A DNA stretch of 64,000 nt from Eledone cirrhosa (lineage: Eukaryota): NCBI GenBank assembly GCA_964016885.1, contig OZ024744.1, positions 20,956,001 through 21,020,000 on the forward strand. The letters run 5' to 3'. The notes below the pieces were generated by a model. The model saw nothing but the letters and a program-made list of their open reading frames with translations. It was not told where the DNA came from and made no database searches. Below are positions 1 to 11,180 of this stretch, piece by piece. Both the position numbers and the translations under genes were made by a program. Every line of letters begins with the position of its first letter. Position 1 is the stretch's first letter.

Positions 1-646
1 CTTAAGATAAAACTCGTTTTAACAACAGTTGAATCTTAAGAACTGACTCGTTTTAACAACAGCTTCATCTTAAGATAAAACTCGTTTTAACAACAGTTGA
101 ATCTTAAGATAAAACTCGTTTTAACAACAGTTGAATCTTAAGAACTGACTCTTTTTAACAACAGTTGAATCTTAAGATAAGACTCGTTTTAACAACAGTT
201 GAATCTTATGAGCTAACTCATTTTAACAACAGTTGAATCTTAAGTTAAGACTCGTTTTAACAACAGTTGAATCTTAAGAACTGACTCGTTTTAACAACAG
301 CTGAATCTTAAGATAAAACTCGTTTTAACAACAGTTGAATCTTAAGAACTGACTCGTTTTAACAACAGCTGAATCTTAAGATAAAACTCGTTTTAACAAC
401 AGTTGAATCTTAAGTTAAGACTCGTTTTAACAACAGTTGAATCTTAAGAACTGACTCGTTTTAACGACAGCTGAATCTTAAGACAAAACCCGTTTTAACA
501 ACAGTTGAATCTTAAGAACTGTCTCGTTTTAACAACAGTTGAATCTTAAGATAAACCTCGTTTTAACAACAGTTTAATCTTAAGAACTGACTCGTTTTAA
601 CAACAGTTGAATCTTAAGACAAAACTCGTTTTAACAACAGTTGAAT

Positions 647-1019
647 CTTAAGAACTGACTTGTTCTAACAACAGTTCAGCCTTAAGAACTGACTCGTTTT
701 AAAACAGTTGAATCGTTAGAACTGACTCGTTTTAACAACAGTTGAATCTTAAAATAAAACTCGTTTTAACAATAGTTGAATCTCAAGAACTGACTCGTTT
801 TAGCAACAGTTGTATCTTAAGATAACACTCGTTTTCATAACAGTTGAATCTTAAGAAATGTCTCGTTTTAACAACAGTTGAATTTTAAGATAAACCTCGT
901 TTTGACAACAGTTGAATCTTAAGAACTGACTCGTTTTAACAACAGTTAAATCTTAATAACTGACTCGTTTTAACAACAGTTGAATGTTAAGATAAAACTC
1001 GTTTTAACAATAGTTGAAT
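647..1019. repeat. Variant-rich 11-monomer cassette 'X' (first of about 23 copies of its leading marker)
   Basis: Ordered diagnostic variants: CTTGTTCT..TTCAGCC, a 33-bp monomer with TTTTAAAACAG, CGTTAG, CTTAAAAT..AATAG, CTCAAG..TTAGC, GATAACACT..TTCAT, GTCTC, TTTAAGATAAACCT..TTGAC, GTTAAAT, CTTAATAAC, GTTAAG..AATAG. The marker recurs near 675, 2510, 5195, 6282 (variant), 8083, 11007, 11890, 15971, 19541, 22500, 23652, 26985, 30588, 33069, 35653, 37590, 41569, 47828, 49460, 55549, 57181, 60582 and 63608. Confidence 0.92.
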
Positions 1020-1393
1020 CTTAAGAACTGACTCGTTTTAACAACAGTTGAATCTTAAGATAAAACTCGTTTTAACAACTGTTGAATCTTAAGAACTGAC
1101 TTGTTTTAACAACAGCTGAATCTTAAGATAAAACTCGTTTTAACAACAGTTGAATCTTAAGAACTGACTCGTTTTAACAACAGTTGAATCTTCAAATAAA
1201 ACTCGTTTTAACAACAGTTGAATCTTAAGAACTGACTCGTTTTAACAACAGTTGAATGTTAAGATAAAACCCGTTTTAACAATAGTGGAATCTTAAGAAC
1301 TGACTCGTTTTAACAACAGTTGAATCTTAAGATAAAACTCGTTTTAACAACAGTTGAATCTTAACAACTGACTCGTTTTAACAACAGCTGAAT

Positions 1394-1631
1394 CTTAAGA
1401 TAAAACTCGTTTTAACAACAGTTCAAACTTAAGAAATGACTCGTTTTAATAAAAGTTGAATCTTATGAACTCACTCATTGTAACAACAGTTGAATCTTAA
1501 GATAACATTCGTTTTAACAACAGTTGAATCTTAAGAACTGATTCGTTTTAACAACAGTTGAATCTTAAGATAAAACTCGTTTTAACAACACGTGAATCTT
1601 AAGAACGGACTCGTTTTAACAACACCTGAAT
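1394..1631. repeat. Variant 7-monomer cassette 'Y' (recurs throughout the array)
   Basis: Ordered variants: GTTCAAAC, GAAATGAC..AAAAGTTG, CTTATGAACTCACTCAT, GATAACATTC, CTGATTC, CACGTG or CACTTG, GAACGGAC..CACCTG. Further copies lie at about 12.7, 16.9, 27.7, 28.8, 31.1, 33.6, 34.6, 36.4, 38.3, 39.4, 42.8, 46.1, 50.5, 53.8, 58.2 and 61.8 kb. Confidence 0.9.
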
Positions 1632-3269
1632 CTTAAGATAAAACTCGTTTTAACAACAGTTGAATCTTAAGAACTGATTCGTTTTAACAACAGTTCAAAC
1701 TTAAGAACTGACTCGTTTTAACAACAGTTGAATCTTATGAACTGACTCATTTTAACAACAGTTGAATCTTAAGATAACATTCGTTTTAACAACAGTTGAA
1801 TCTTAAGAACTGACTCGTTTTAACAACAGCTGAATCTTAAGATAAAACTCGTTTTAACAACAGTTGAATCTTAAGAACTGACTCGTTTTAACAACAGCTT
1901 CATCTTAAGATAAAACTCGTTTTAACAACAGTTGAATCTTAAGATAAAACTCGTTTTAACAACAGTTGAATCTTAAGAACTGACTCTTTTTAACAACAGT
2001 TGAATCTTAAGATAAGACTCGTTTTAACAACAGTTGAATCTTATGAGCTAACTCATTTTAACAACAGTTGAATCTTAAGTTAAGACTCGTTTTAACAACA
2101 GTTGAATCTTAAGAACTGACTCGTTTTAACAACAGCTGAATCTTAAGATAAAACTCGTTTTAACAACAGTTGAATCTTAAGAACTGACTCGTTTTAACAA
2201 CAGCTGAATCTTAAGATAAAACTCGTTTTAACAACAGTTGAATCTTAAGTTAAGACTCGTTTTAACAACAGTTGAATCTTAAGAACTGACTCGTTTTAAC
2301 GACAGCTGAATCTTAAGACAAAACCCGTTTTAACAACAGTTGAATCTTAAGAACTGTCTCGTTTTAACAACAGTTGAATCTTAAGATAAACCTCGTTTTA
2401 ACAACAGTTTAATCTTAAGAACTGACTCGTTTTAACAACAGTTGAATCTTAAGACAAAACTCGTTTTAACAACAGTTGAATCTTAAGAACTGACTTGTTC
2501 TAACAACAGTTCAGCCTTAAGAACTGACTCGTTTTAAAACAGTTGAATCGTTAGAACTGACTCGTTTTAACAACAGTTGAATCTTAAAATAAAACTCGTT
2601 TTAACAATAGTTGAATCTCAAGAACTGACTCGTTTTAGCAACAGTTGTATCTTAAGATAACACTCGTTTTCATAACAGTTGAATCTTAAGAAATGTCTCG
2701 TTTTAACAACAGTTGAATTTTAAGTTAAACCTCGTTTTGACAACAGTTGAATCTTAAGAACTGACTCGTTTTAACAACAGTTAAATCTTAATAACTGACT
2801 CGTTTTAACAACAGTTGAATGTTAAGATAAAACTCGTTTTAACAATAGTTGAATCTTAAGAACTGACTCGTTTTAACAACAGTTGAATCTTAAGATAAAA
2901 CTCGTTTTAACAACTGTTGAATCTTAAGAACTGACTCGTTTTAACAACAGCTGAATCTTAAGATAAAACTCGTTTTAACAACAGTTGAATCTTAAGAACT
3001 GACTCGTTTTAACAACAGTTGAATCTTCAAATAAAACTCGTTTTAACAACAGTTGAATCTTAAGAACTGACTCGTTTTAACAACAGTTGAATGTTAAGAT
3101 AAAACTCGTTTTAACAATAGTGGAATCTTAAGAACTGACTCGTTTTAACAACAGTTGAATCTTAAGATAAAACTCGTTTTAACAACAGTTGAATCTTAAG
3201 AACTGACTCGTTTTAACAACAGCTGAATCTTAAGATAAAACTCGTTTTAACAACAGTTCAAACTTAAGA

Positions 3270-6200
3270 AATGACTCATTTTAACAACAGTTGAATCTTA
3301 AGATAACATTCGTTTTAACAACAGTTGAATCTTAAGAAATGATTCGTTTTAACAACAGTTGAATCTTAAGATAAAGCTCGTTTTAACAACACTTGAATCT
3401 TAAGAACGGACTCGTTTTAACAACACCTGAATGTTAAGATAAAACTCGTTTTAACAACAGTTGAATCTTAAGAACTGATTCGTTTTAACAACAGTTCAAA
3501 CTTAAGAACTGACTCTTTTTAACAACAGTTGAATCTTATGAACTGACTCATTTTAACAACAGTTGAATCTTAAGATAACATTCGTTTTAACAACAGTTGA
3601 ATCTTAAGAACTGACTCGTTTTAACAACAGTTGAATCTTAAAGATAAAACTCGTTTCGACAACAGTTGAATCTTAAGAACTGACTCGTTTTAACAACAGC
3701 TGAATCTTAAGATAAAACTCGTTTTAACAACAGTTGAATCTTAAGAACTGACTCGTTTTAACGACAGCTGAATCTTAAGATAAAACTCGTTTTAACAACA
3801 GTTCAAACTTAAGAAATGACTCGTTTTAACAACAGTTGAATCTTATGAACTGACTCATTTTAACAACAGTTGAATCTTAAGAACTGATTCGTTTTAACAA
3901 CAGCTGAATCTTAAGATAAAACTCGTTTTAACAACAGTTGAATCTTAAGAACTGATTCGTTTTAACAACAGCTGAATCTTAAGATAAAACTCGTTTTAAC
4001 AACAGTTGAATCTTAAGAACTGACTCGTTTTAACAACAGCTGAATCTTAAGATAAAACTCGTTTTAACAACAGTTGAATCTTAAGATAAAACTCGTTTTA
4101 ACAACAGTTCAAACTTAAGAAATGACTCGTTTTAACAAAAGTTGAATCTTATGAACTCACTCATTTAACAACAGTTGAATCTTAAGATAACATTCGTTTT
4201 AACAACAGTTGAATCTTAAGAACTGATTCGTTTTAACAACAGTTGAATGTTAAGATAAAACTCGTTTTAACAATAGTGGAATCTTAAGAACTGACTCGTT
4301 TTAACAACAGTTGAATCTTAAGATAAAACTCGTTTTAACAACAGTTGAATCTTAAGAACTGACTCGTTTTAACGACAGCTGAATCTTAAGATAAAACTCG
4401 TTTTAACAACAGTTCAAACTTAAGAAATGACTCGTTTTAACAACAGTTGAATCTTATGAACTGACTCATTTTAACAACAGTTGAATCTTAAGAACTGATT
4501 CGTTTTAACAACAGTTGAATCTTAAGATAAAACTCGTTTTAACAACAGTTGAATCTTAAGAACTGACTCGTTTTAACAACAGCTGAATCTTAAGATAAAA
4601 CTCGTTTTAACAACAGTTGAATCTTAAGAACTGACTCGTTTTAACAACAGTTGAATCTTAAGATAAAACTCGTTTTAACAACAGTTGAATCTTATGAACT
4701 AACTCATTTTAACAACAGTTGAATCTTAAGTTAAGACTCGTTTTAACAACAGTTGAATCTAAAGAACAGACTCGTTTTAACGACAGCTGAATCTTAAGAT
4801 AAAACTCGTTTTAACAACAGTTGGATCTTAAGAACTGACTCGTTTTAACAACAGTTGAATGTTACGATAAAACTCGTTTTAACAACAGTTGAATCTTATG
4901 AACTAACTCATTTTAACAACAGTTGGATCTTAAGTTAAGACTCGTTTTAACAACAGTTGAATCTTAAGAACTGACTCGTTTTAACAACAGTTGAATCTTA
5001 AGACAAAACCCGTTTTAACAACAGTTGAATCTTAAGAACTGTCTCGTTTTAACAACAGTTGAATCTTAAGATAAACCTCGTTTTAACAACAGTTTAATCT
5101 TAAGAACCGACTCGTTTTAACAACAGTTGAATCTTAAGACAAAACTCGTTTTAACAACAGTTGAATCTTAAGAACTGACTTGTTCTAACAACAGTTCAGC
5201 CTTAAGAACTGACTCGTTTTAAAACAGTTGAATCGTTAGAACTGACTCGTTTTAACAACAGTTGAATCTTAAAATAAAACTCGTTTTAACAATAGTTGAA
5301 TCTCAAGAACTGACTCGTTTTAGCAACAGTTGAATCTTAAGATAACACTCGTTTTCATAACAGTTGAATCTTAAGAACTGTCTCGTTTTAACAACAGTTG
5401 AATTTTAAGATAAACCTCGTTTTGACAACAGTTGAATCTTAAGAACTGACTCGTTTTAACAACAGTTGAATCTTCAAATAAAACTCGTTTTAACAACAGT
5501 TGAATCTTAAGAACTGACTCGTTTTAACAACAGTTGAATGTTAAGATAAAACTCGTTTTAACAATAGTGGAATCTTAAGAACTGACTCGTTTTAACAACA
5601 GTTGAATCTTAAGATAAAACTCGTTTTAACAACAGTTGAATCTTAAGAACTGACTCGTTTTAACAACAGCTGAATCTTAAGATAAAACTCGTTTTAACAA
5701 CAGTTGAATCTTAAGATAAAACTCGTTTTAACAACAGTTGAATCTTAAGTACTGACTCGTTTTAACAACAGCTGAATCTTAAGATAAAACTCGTTTTAAC
5801 AACAGTTGAATCTTAAGATAAAACTCGTTTTAACAACAGTTGAATCTTAAGTACTGACTCGTTTTAACAACAGTTGAATCTTAAGATAAAACTCGTTTTA
5901 ACAACAGTTGAATCTTATGAGCTAACTCATTTTAACAACAGTTGAATCTTAAGTTAACACTCGTTTTAACAACAGTTGAATCTTAAGAACTGACTCGTTT
6001 TAACGACAGCTGAATCTTAAGATAAAACTCGTTTTAACAACAGTTGGATCTTAAGAACTGACTCGTTTTAACAACAGTTGAATCTTACGATAAAACTCGT
6101 TTTAACAACAGTTGAATCTTATGAACTAACTCATTTTAACAACAGTTGAATCTTAAGTTAAGACTCGTTTTAACAACAGTTGAATCTTAAGAACTGACTC

Positions 6201-9200
6201 GTTTTAACAACAGTTGAATCTTAAGACAAAACTCGTTTTAACAACAGTTGAATCTTAAGAACTGACTTGTTCTAACAACAGTTCGACCTTAAGAACTGAT
6301 TCGTTTTAAAACAGTTGAATCGTTAAAACTCACTCGTTTTAACAACAGTTGAATCTTAAAATAAAACTCGTTTTAACAATAGTTGAATCTCAAGAACTGA
6401 CTCGTTTTAGCAACAGTTGAATCTTAAGATAACACTCGTTTTCATAACAGTTGAATCTTAAGAACTGTCTCGTTTTAACAACAGTTGAATTTTAAGATAA
6501 ACCTCGTTTTAACAATAGTTGAATCTTAAGAACTGACTCGTTTTAACAACAGTTGAATCTTAAGATAAAACTCGTTTTAACAACTGTTGAATCTTAAGAA
6601 CTGACGCGTTTTAACAACAGCTGAATCTTAAGATAAAACTCGTTTTAACGACAGTTGAATCTTAAGAACTGACTCGTTTTAACAACAGTTGAATCTTAAA
6701 ATAAAACTCGTTTTAACAACAGTTGAATCTTAAGAACTGACTCGTTTTAACAACAGTTGAATGTTAAGATAAAACTCGTTTTAACAATAGTGGAGTCTTA
6801 AGAACTGACTCGTTTTAACAACAGTTGAATCTTAAAATAAAACTCGTTTTAACAATAGTTGAATCTCAAGAACTGACTCGTTTTAGCAACAGTTGAATCT
6901 TAAGATAACACTCGTTTTCATAACAGTTGAATCTTAAGAACTGTCTCGTTTTAACAACAGTTGAATTTTAAGATAAACCTCGTTTTGACAACAGTTGAAT
7001 CTTAAGAATTGACTCGTTTTAACAACAGTTAAATCTTAATAACTGACTCGTTTTAACAACAGTTGAATGTTAAGATAAAACTCGTTTTAACAATAGTTGA
7101 ATCTTAAGAACTGACTCGTTTTAACAACAGTTGAATCTTAAGATAAAACTCGTTTTAACAACTGTTGAATCTTAAGAACTGACTCGTTTTAACAAAAGCT
7201 GTATCTTAAGATAAAACTCGTTTTAACAACAGTTGAATCTTAAGAACTGACTCGTTTTAACAACAGTTGAATCTTCAAATAAAACTCGTTTTAACAACAG
7301 TTGAATCTTAAGAACTGACTCGTTTTAACAACAGTTGAATGTTAAGATAAAACTCGTTTTAACAATAGTGGAATCTTAAGAACTGACTCGTTTTAACAAC
7401 AGTTGAATCTTAAGATAAAACTCGTTTTAACAACAGTTGAATCTTAAGAACTGACTCGTTTTAACAACAGCTGAATCTTAAGATAAAACTCGTTTTAACA
7501 ACAGTTGAATCTTAAGATAAAACTCGTTTTAACAACAGTTGAATCTTAAGTACTGACTCGTTTTAACAACAGCTGAATCTTAAGATAAAACTCGTTTTAA
7601 CAACAGTTGAATCTTAAGATAAAACTCGTTTTAACAACAGTTGAATCTTAAGTACTGACTCGTTTTAACAACAGTTGAATCTTAAGATAAAACTCGTTTT
7701 AACAACAGTTGAATCTTATGAGCTAACTCATTTTAACAACAGTTGAATCTTAAGTTAACACTCGTTTTAACAACAGTTGAATCTTAAGAACTGACTCGTT
7801 TTAACGACAGCTGAATCTTAAGATAAAACTCGTTTTAACAACAGTTGGATCTTAACAACTGACTCGTTTTAACAACAGTTGAATCTTACGATAAAACTCG
7901 TTTTAACAACAGTTGAATCTTATGAACTAACTCATTTTAACAACAGTTGAATCTTAAGTTAAGACTCGTTTTAACAACAGTTGAATCTTAAGAACTGACT
8001 CGTTTTAACAACAGTTGAATCTTAAGACAAAACTCGTTTTAACAACAGTTGAATCTTAAGAACTGACTTGTTCTAACAACAGTTCAGCCTTCAGAACTGA
8101 CTCGTTTTAAAACAGTTGAATCGTTAAAACTGACTCGTTTTAACAACAGTTGAATCTTAAAATAAAACTCGTTTTAACAATAGTTGAATCTCAAGAACTG
8201 ACTCGTTTTAGCAACAGTTGAATCTTAAGATAACACTCGTTTTCATAACAGTTGAATCTTAAGAACTGTCTCGTTTTAACAACAGTTGAATTTTAAGATA
8301 AACCTCGTTTTGACAACAGTTGAATCTTAAGAACTGACTCGTTTTAACAACAGTTAAATCTTAATAACTGACTCGTTTTAACAACAGATGAATGTTAAGA
8401 TAAAACTCGTTTTAACAATAGTTGAATCTTAAGAACTGACTCGTTTTAACAACAGTTGAATCTTAAGATAAAACTCGTTTTAACAACTGTTGAATCTTAA
8501 GAACTGACTCGTTTTAACAACAGCTGAATCTTAAGATAAAACTCGTTTTAACGACAGTTGAATCTTAAGAACTGACTCGTTTTAACAACAGTTGAATCTT
8601 CAAATAAAACTCGTTTTAACAACAGTTGAATCTTAAGAACTGACTCGTTTTAACAACAGTTGAATGTTAAGATAAAACTCGTTTTAACAATAGTGGAATC
8701 TTAAGAACTGACTCGTTTTAACAACAGCTGAATCTTAAGATAAAACTCGTTTTAACAACAGTTCAAACTTAAGAAATGACTCGTTTTAACAAAAGTTGAA
8801 TCTTATGAACTCACTCATTTTAACAACAGTTGAATCTTAAGATAACATTCGTTTTAACAACAGTTGAATCTTAAGAACTGATTCGTTTTAACAACAGTTG
8901 AATCTTAAGATAAAACTCGTTTTAACAACAGTTGAATCTTAAGAACGGACTCGTTTTAACAACAGCTGAATCTTAAGATAAAACTCGTTTTAACAACAGT
9001 TGAATCTTAAGAACTGATTCGTTTTAACAACAGTTCAAACTTAAGAACTGATTCGTTTTAACAACAGTTGAATCTTATGAACTGACTCATTTTAACAACA
9101 GTTGAATCTTAAGATAACATTCGTTTTAACAACAGTTGAATCTTAAGAAATGATTCGTTTTAACAACAGTTGAATCTTAAGATAAAACTCGTTTTAACAA

Positions 9201-11180
9201 CACTTGAATCTTAAGAACGGACTCGTTTTAACAACACCTGAATCTTAAGATAAAACTCGTTTTAACAACAGTTGAATCTTAAGAACTGATTCGTTTTAAC
9301 AACAGTTCAAACTTAAGAACTGACTCGTTTTAACAACAGTTGAATCTTATGAACTGACTCATTTTAACAACAGTTGAATCTTAAGATAACATTCGTTTTA
9401 ACAACAGTTGAATCTTAAGAACTGACTCGTTTTAACAACAGTTGAATCTTAAAGATAAAACTCGTTTCGACAACAGTTGAATCTTAAGAACTGACTCGTT
9501 TTAACAACAGCTGAATCTTAAGATAAAACTCGTTTTAACAACAGTTGAATCTTAAGAACTGACTCGTTTTAACGACAGCTGAATCTTAAGATAAAACTCG
9601 TTTTAACAACAGTTCAAACTTAAGAAATGACTCGTTTTAACAACAGTTGAATCTTATGAACTGACTCATTTTAACAACAGTTGAATCTTAAGAACTGATT
9701 CGTTTTAACAACAGCTGAATCTTAAGATAAAACTCTTTTTAACAACAGTTGAATCTTAAGAACTGATTCGTTTTAACAACAGCTGAATCTTAAGATAAAA
9801 CTCGTTTTAACAACAGTTGAATCTTAAGAACTGACTCGTTTTAACAACAGCTGAATCTTAAGATAAAACTCGTTTTAACAACAGTTGAATCTTAAGATAA
9901 AACTCGTTTTAACAACAGTTCAAACTTAAGAAATGACTCGTTTTAACAAAAGTTGAATCTTATGAACTCACTCATTTTAACAACAGTTGAATCTTAAGAT
10001 AACATTCGTTTTAACAACAGTTGAATCTTAAGAACTGATTCGTTTTAACAACAGTTGAATGTTAAGATAAAACTCGTTTTAACAATAGTGGAATCTTAAG
10101 AACTGACTCGTTTTAACAACAGTTGAATCTTAAGATAAAACTCGTTTTAACAACAGTTGAATCTTAAGAACTGACTCGTCTTAACGACAGCTGAATCTTA
10201 AGATAAAACTCGTTTTAACAACAGTTCAAACTTAAGAAATGACTCGTTTTAACAACAGTTGAATCTTATGAACTGACTCATTTTAACAACAGTTGAATCT
10301 TAAGAACTGATTCGTTTTAACAACAGTTGAATCTTAAGATAAAACTCGTTTTAACAACAGTTGAATCTTAAGAACTGACTCGTTTTAACAACAGCTGAAT
10401 CTTAAGACAAAACTCGTTTTAACAACAGTTGAATCTTAAGAACTGACTCGTTTTAACAACAGTTGAATCTTAAGATAAAACTCGTTTTAACAACAGTTGA
10501 ATCTTATGAACTAACTCATTTTAACAACAGTTGAATCTTAAGTTAAGACTCGTTTTAACAACAGTTGAATCTAAAGAACAGACTCGTTTTAACGACAGCT
10601 GAATCTTAAGATAAAACTCGTTTTAACAACAGTTGGATCTTAAGAACTGACTCGTTTTAACAACAGTTGAATGTTACGATAAAACTCGTTTTAACAACAG
10701 TTGAATCTTATGAACTAACTCATTTTAACAACAGTTGAATCTTAAGTTAAGACTCGTTTTAACAACAGTTGAATCTTAAGAACTGACTCGTTTTAACAAC
10801 AGTTGAATCTTAAGACAAAACCCGTTTTAACAACAGTTGAATCTTAAGAACTGTCTCGTTTTAACAACAGTTGAATCTTAAGATAAACCTCGTTTTAACA
10901 ACAGTTTAATCTTAAGAACCGACTCGTTTTAACAACAGTTGAATCTTAAGACAAAACTCGTTTTAACAACAGTTGAATCTTAAGAACTGACTTGTTCTAA
11001 CAACAGTTCAGCCTTAAGAACTGACTCGTTTTAAAACAGTTGAATCGTTAGAACTGACTCGTTTTAACAACAGTTGAATCTTAAAATAAAACTCGTTTTA
11101 ACAATAGTTGAATCTCAAGAACTGACTCGTTTTAGCAACAGTTGAATCTTAAGATAACACTCGTTTTCATAACAGTTGAA
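3270..11180. repeat. Dispersed ~2.1-kb block duplication: ~3270-5370 repeated at ~9080-11180 (offset 5811-5812)
   Basis: Variants shared by the two blocks: CTAAAGAACAGA (4759/10571), GTTACGAT (4861/10673), GAACCGAC (5104/10916) and GAAATGATTC (3336/9147). Confidence 0.88.
5440..8310. repeat. Block duplication with offset 1801 bp (53 monomers): ~5440-6510 repeated at ~7240-8310
   Basis: Private variants GTTAACACTC (5953/7754) and CGTTAAAACT (6321/8122). Paired GTACTGAC monomers occur in both copies. Confidence 0.85.

Larger units (their letters stand above)
1..3640. repeat. Tandem duplication of a 54-monomer higher-order unit (period 1835 bp)
   Basis: The private variant AGCTTCAT occurs at 61 and 1896, and TTCAGCC at 675 and 2510; both offsets are 1835 = 54x34-1. 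GATAAGACTC and GTTGTATC...GAAATGTCTC are also shared. The second copy starts at 1836 and diverges after ~3270. Confidence 0.9.

Noticed and set aside
1-170. 170-bp (5-monomer) nucleosome-length higher-order repeat analogous to alpha-satellite
   Set aside because: No 5-monomer periodicity of variants was seen. A/B alternation gives even-number periodicity, and there is no recognisable similarity to alpha-satellite or a CENP-B box.
288-319. CRISPR array: the permutation GTTTTAACAACAG(T/C)TGAATCTTAAGATAAAAC starts with GTTTTA, contains TGAAT and ends with AAAAC, superficially like type II-A repeats
   Set aside because: There are no unique spacers (only 2 bp, TC, between such units), no leader and no cas genes, and variation is inherited in duplicated blocks. 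The resemblance follows from the TAAAAC/GTTTTA dyad and AT richness.
3271-3279. Transcription-factor motifs: ATGACTCAT/TGACTCA (AP-1/Gcn4) and E-boxes CACGTG, CAGCTG, CACCTG
   Set aside because: They are one or two substitutions from the satellite consensus and spread by array amplification. There is no gene or promoter context to support function.
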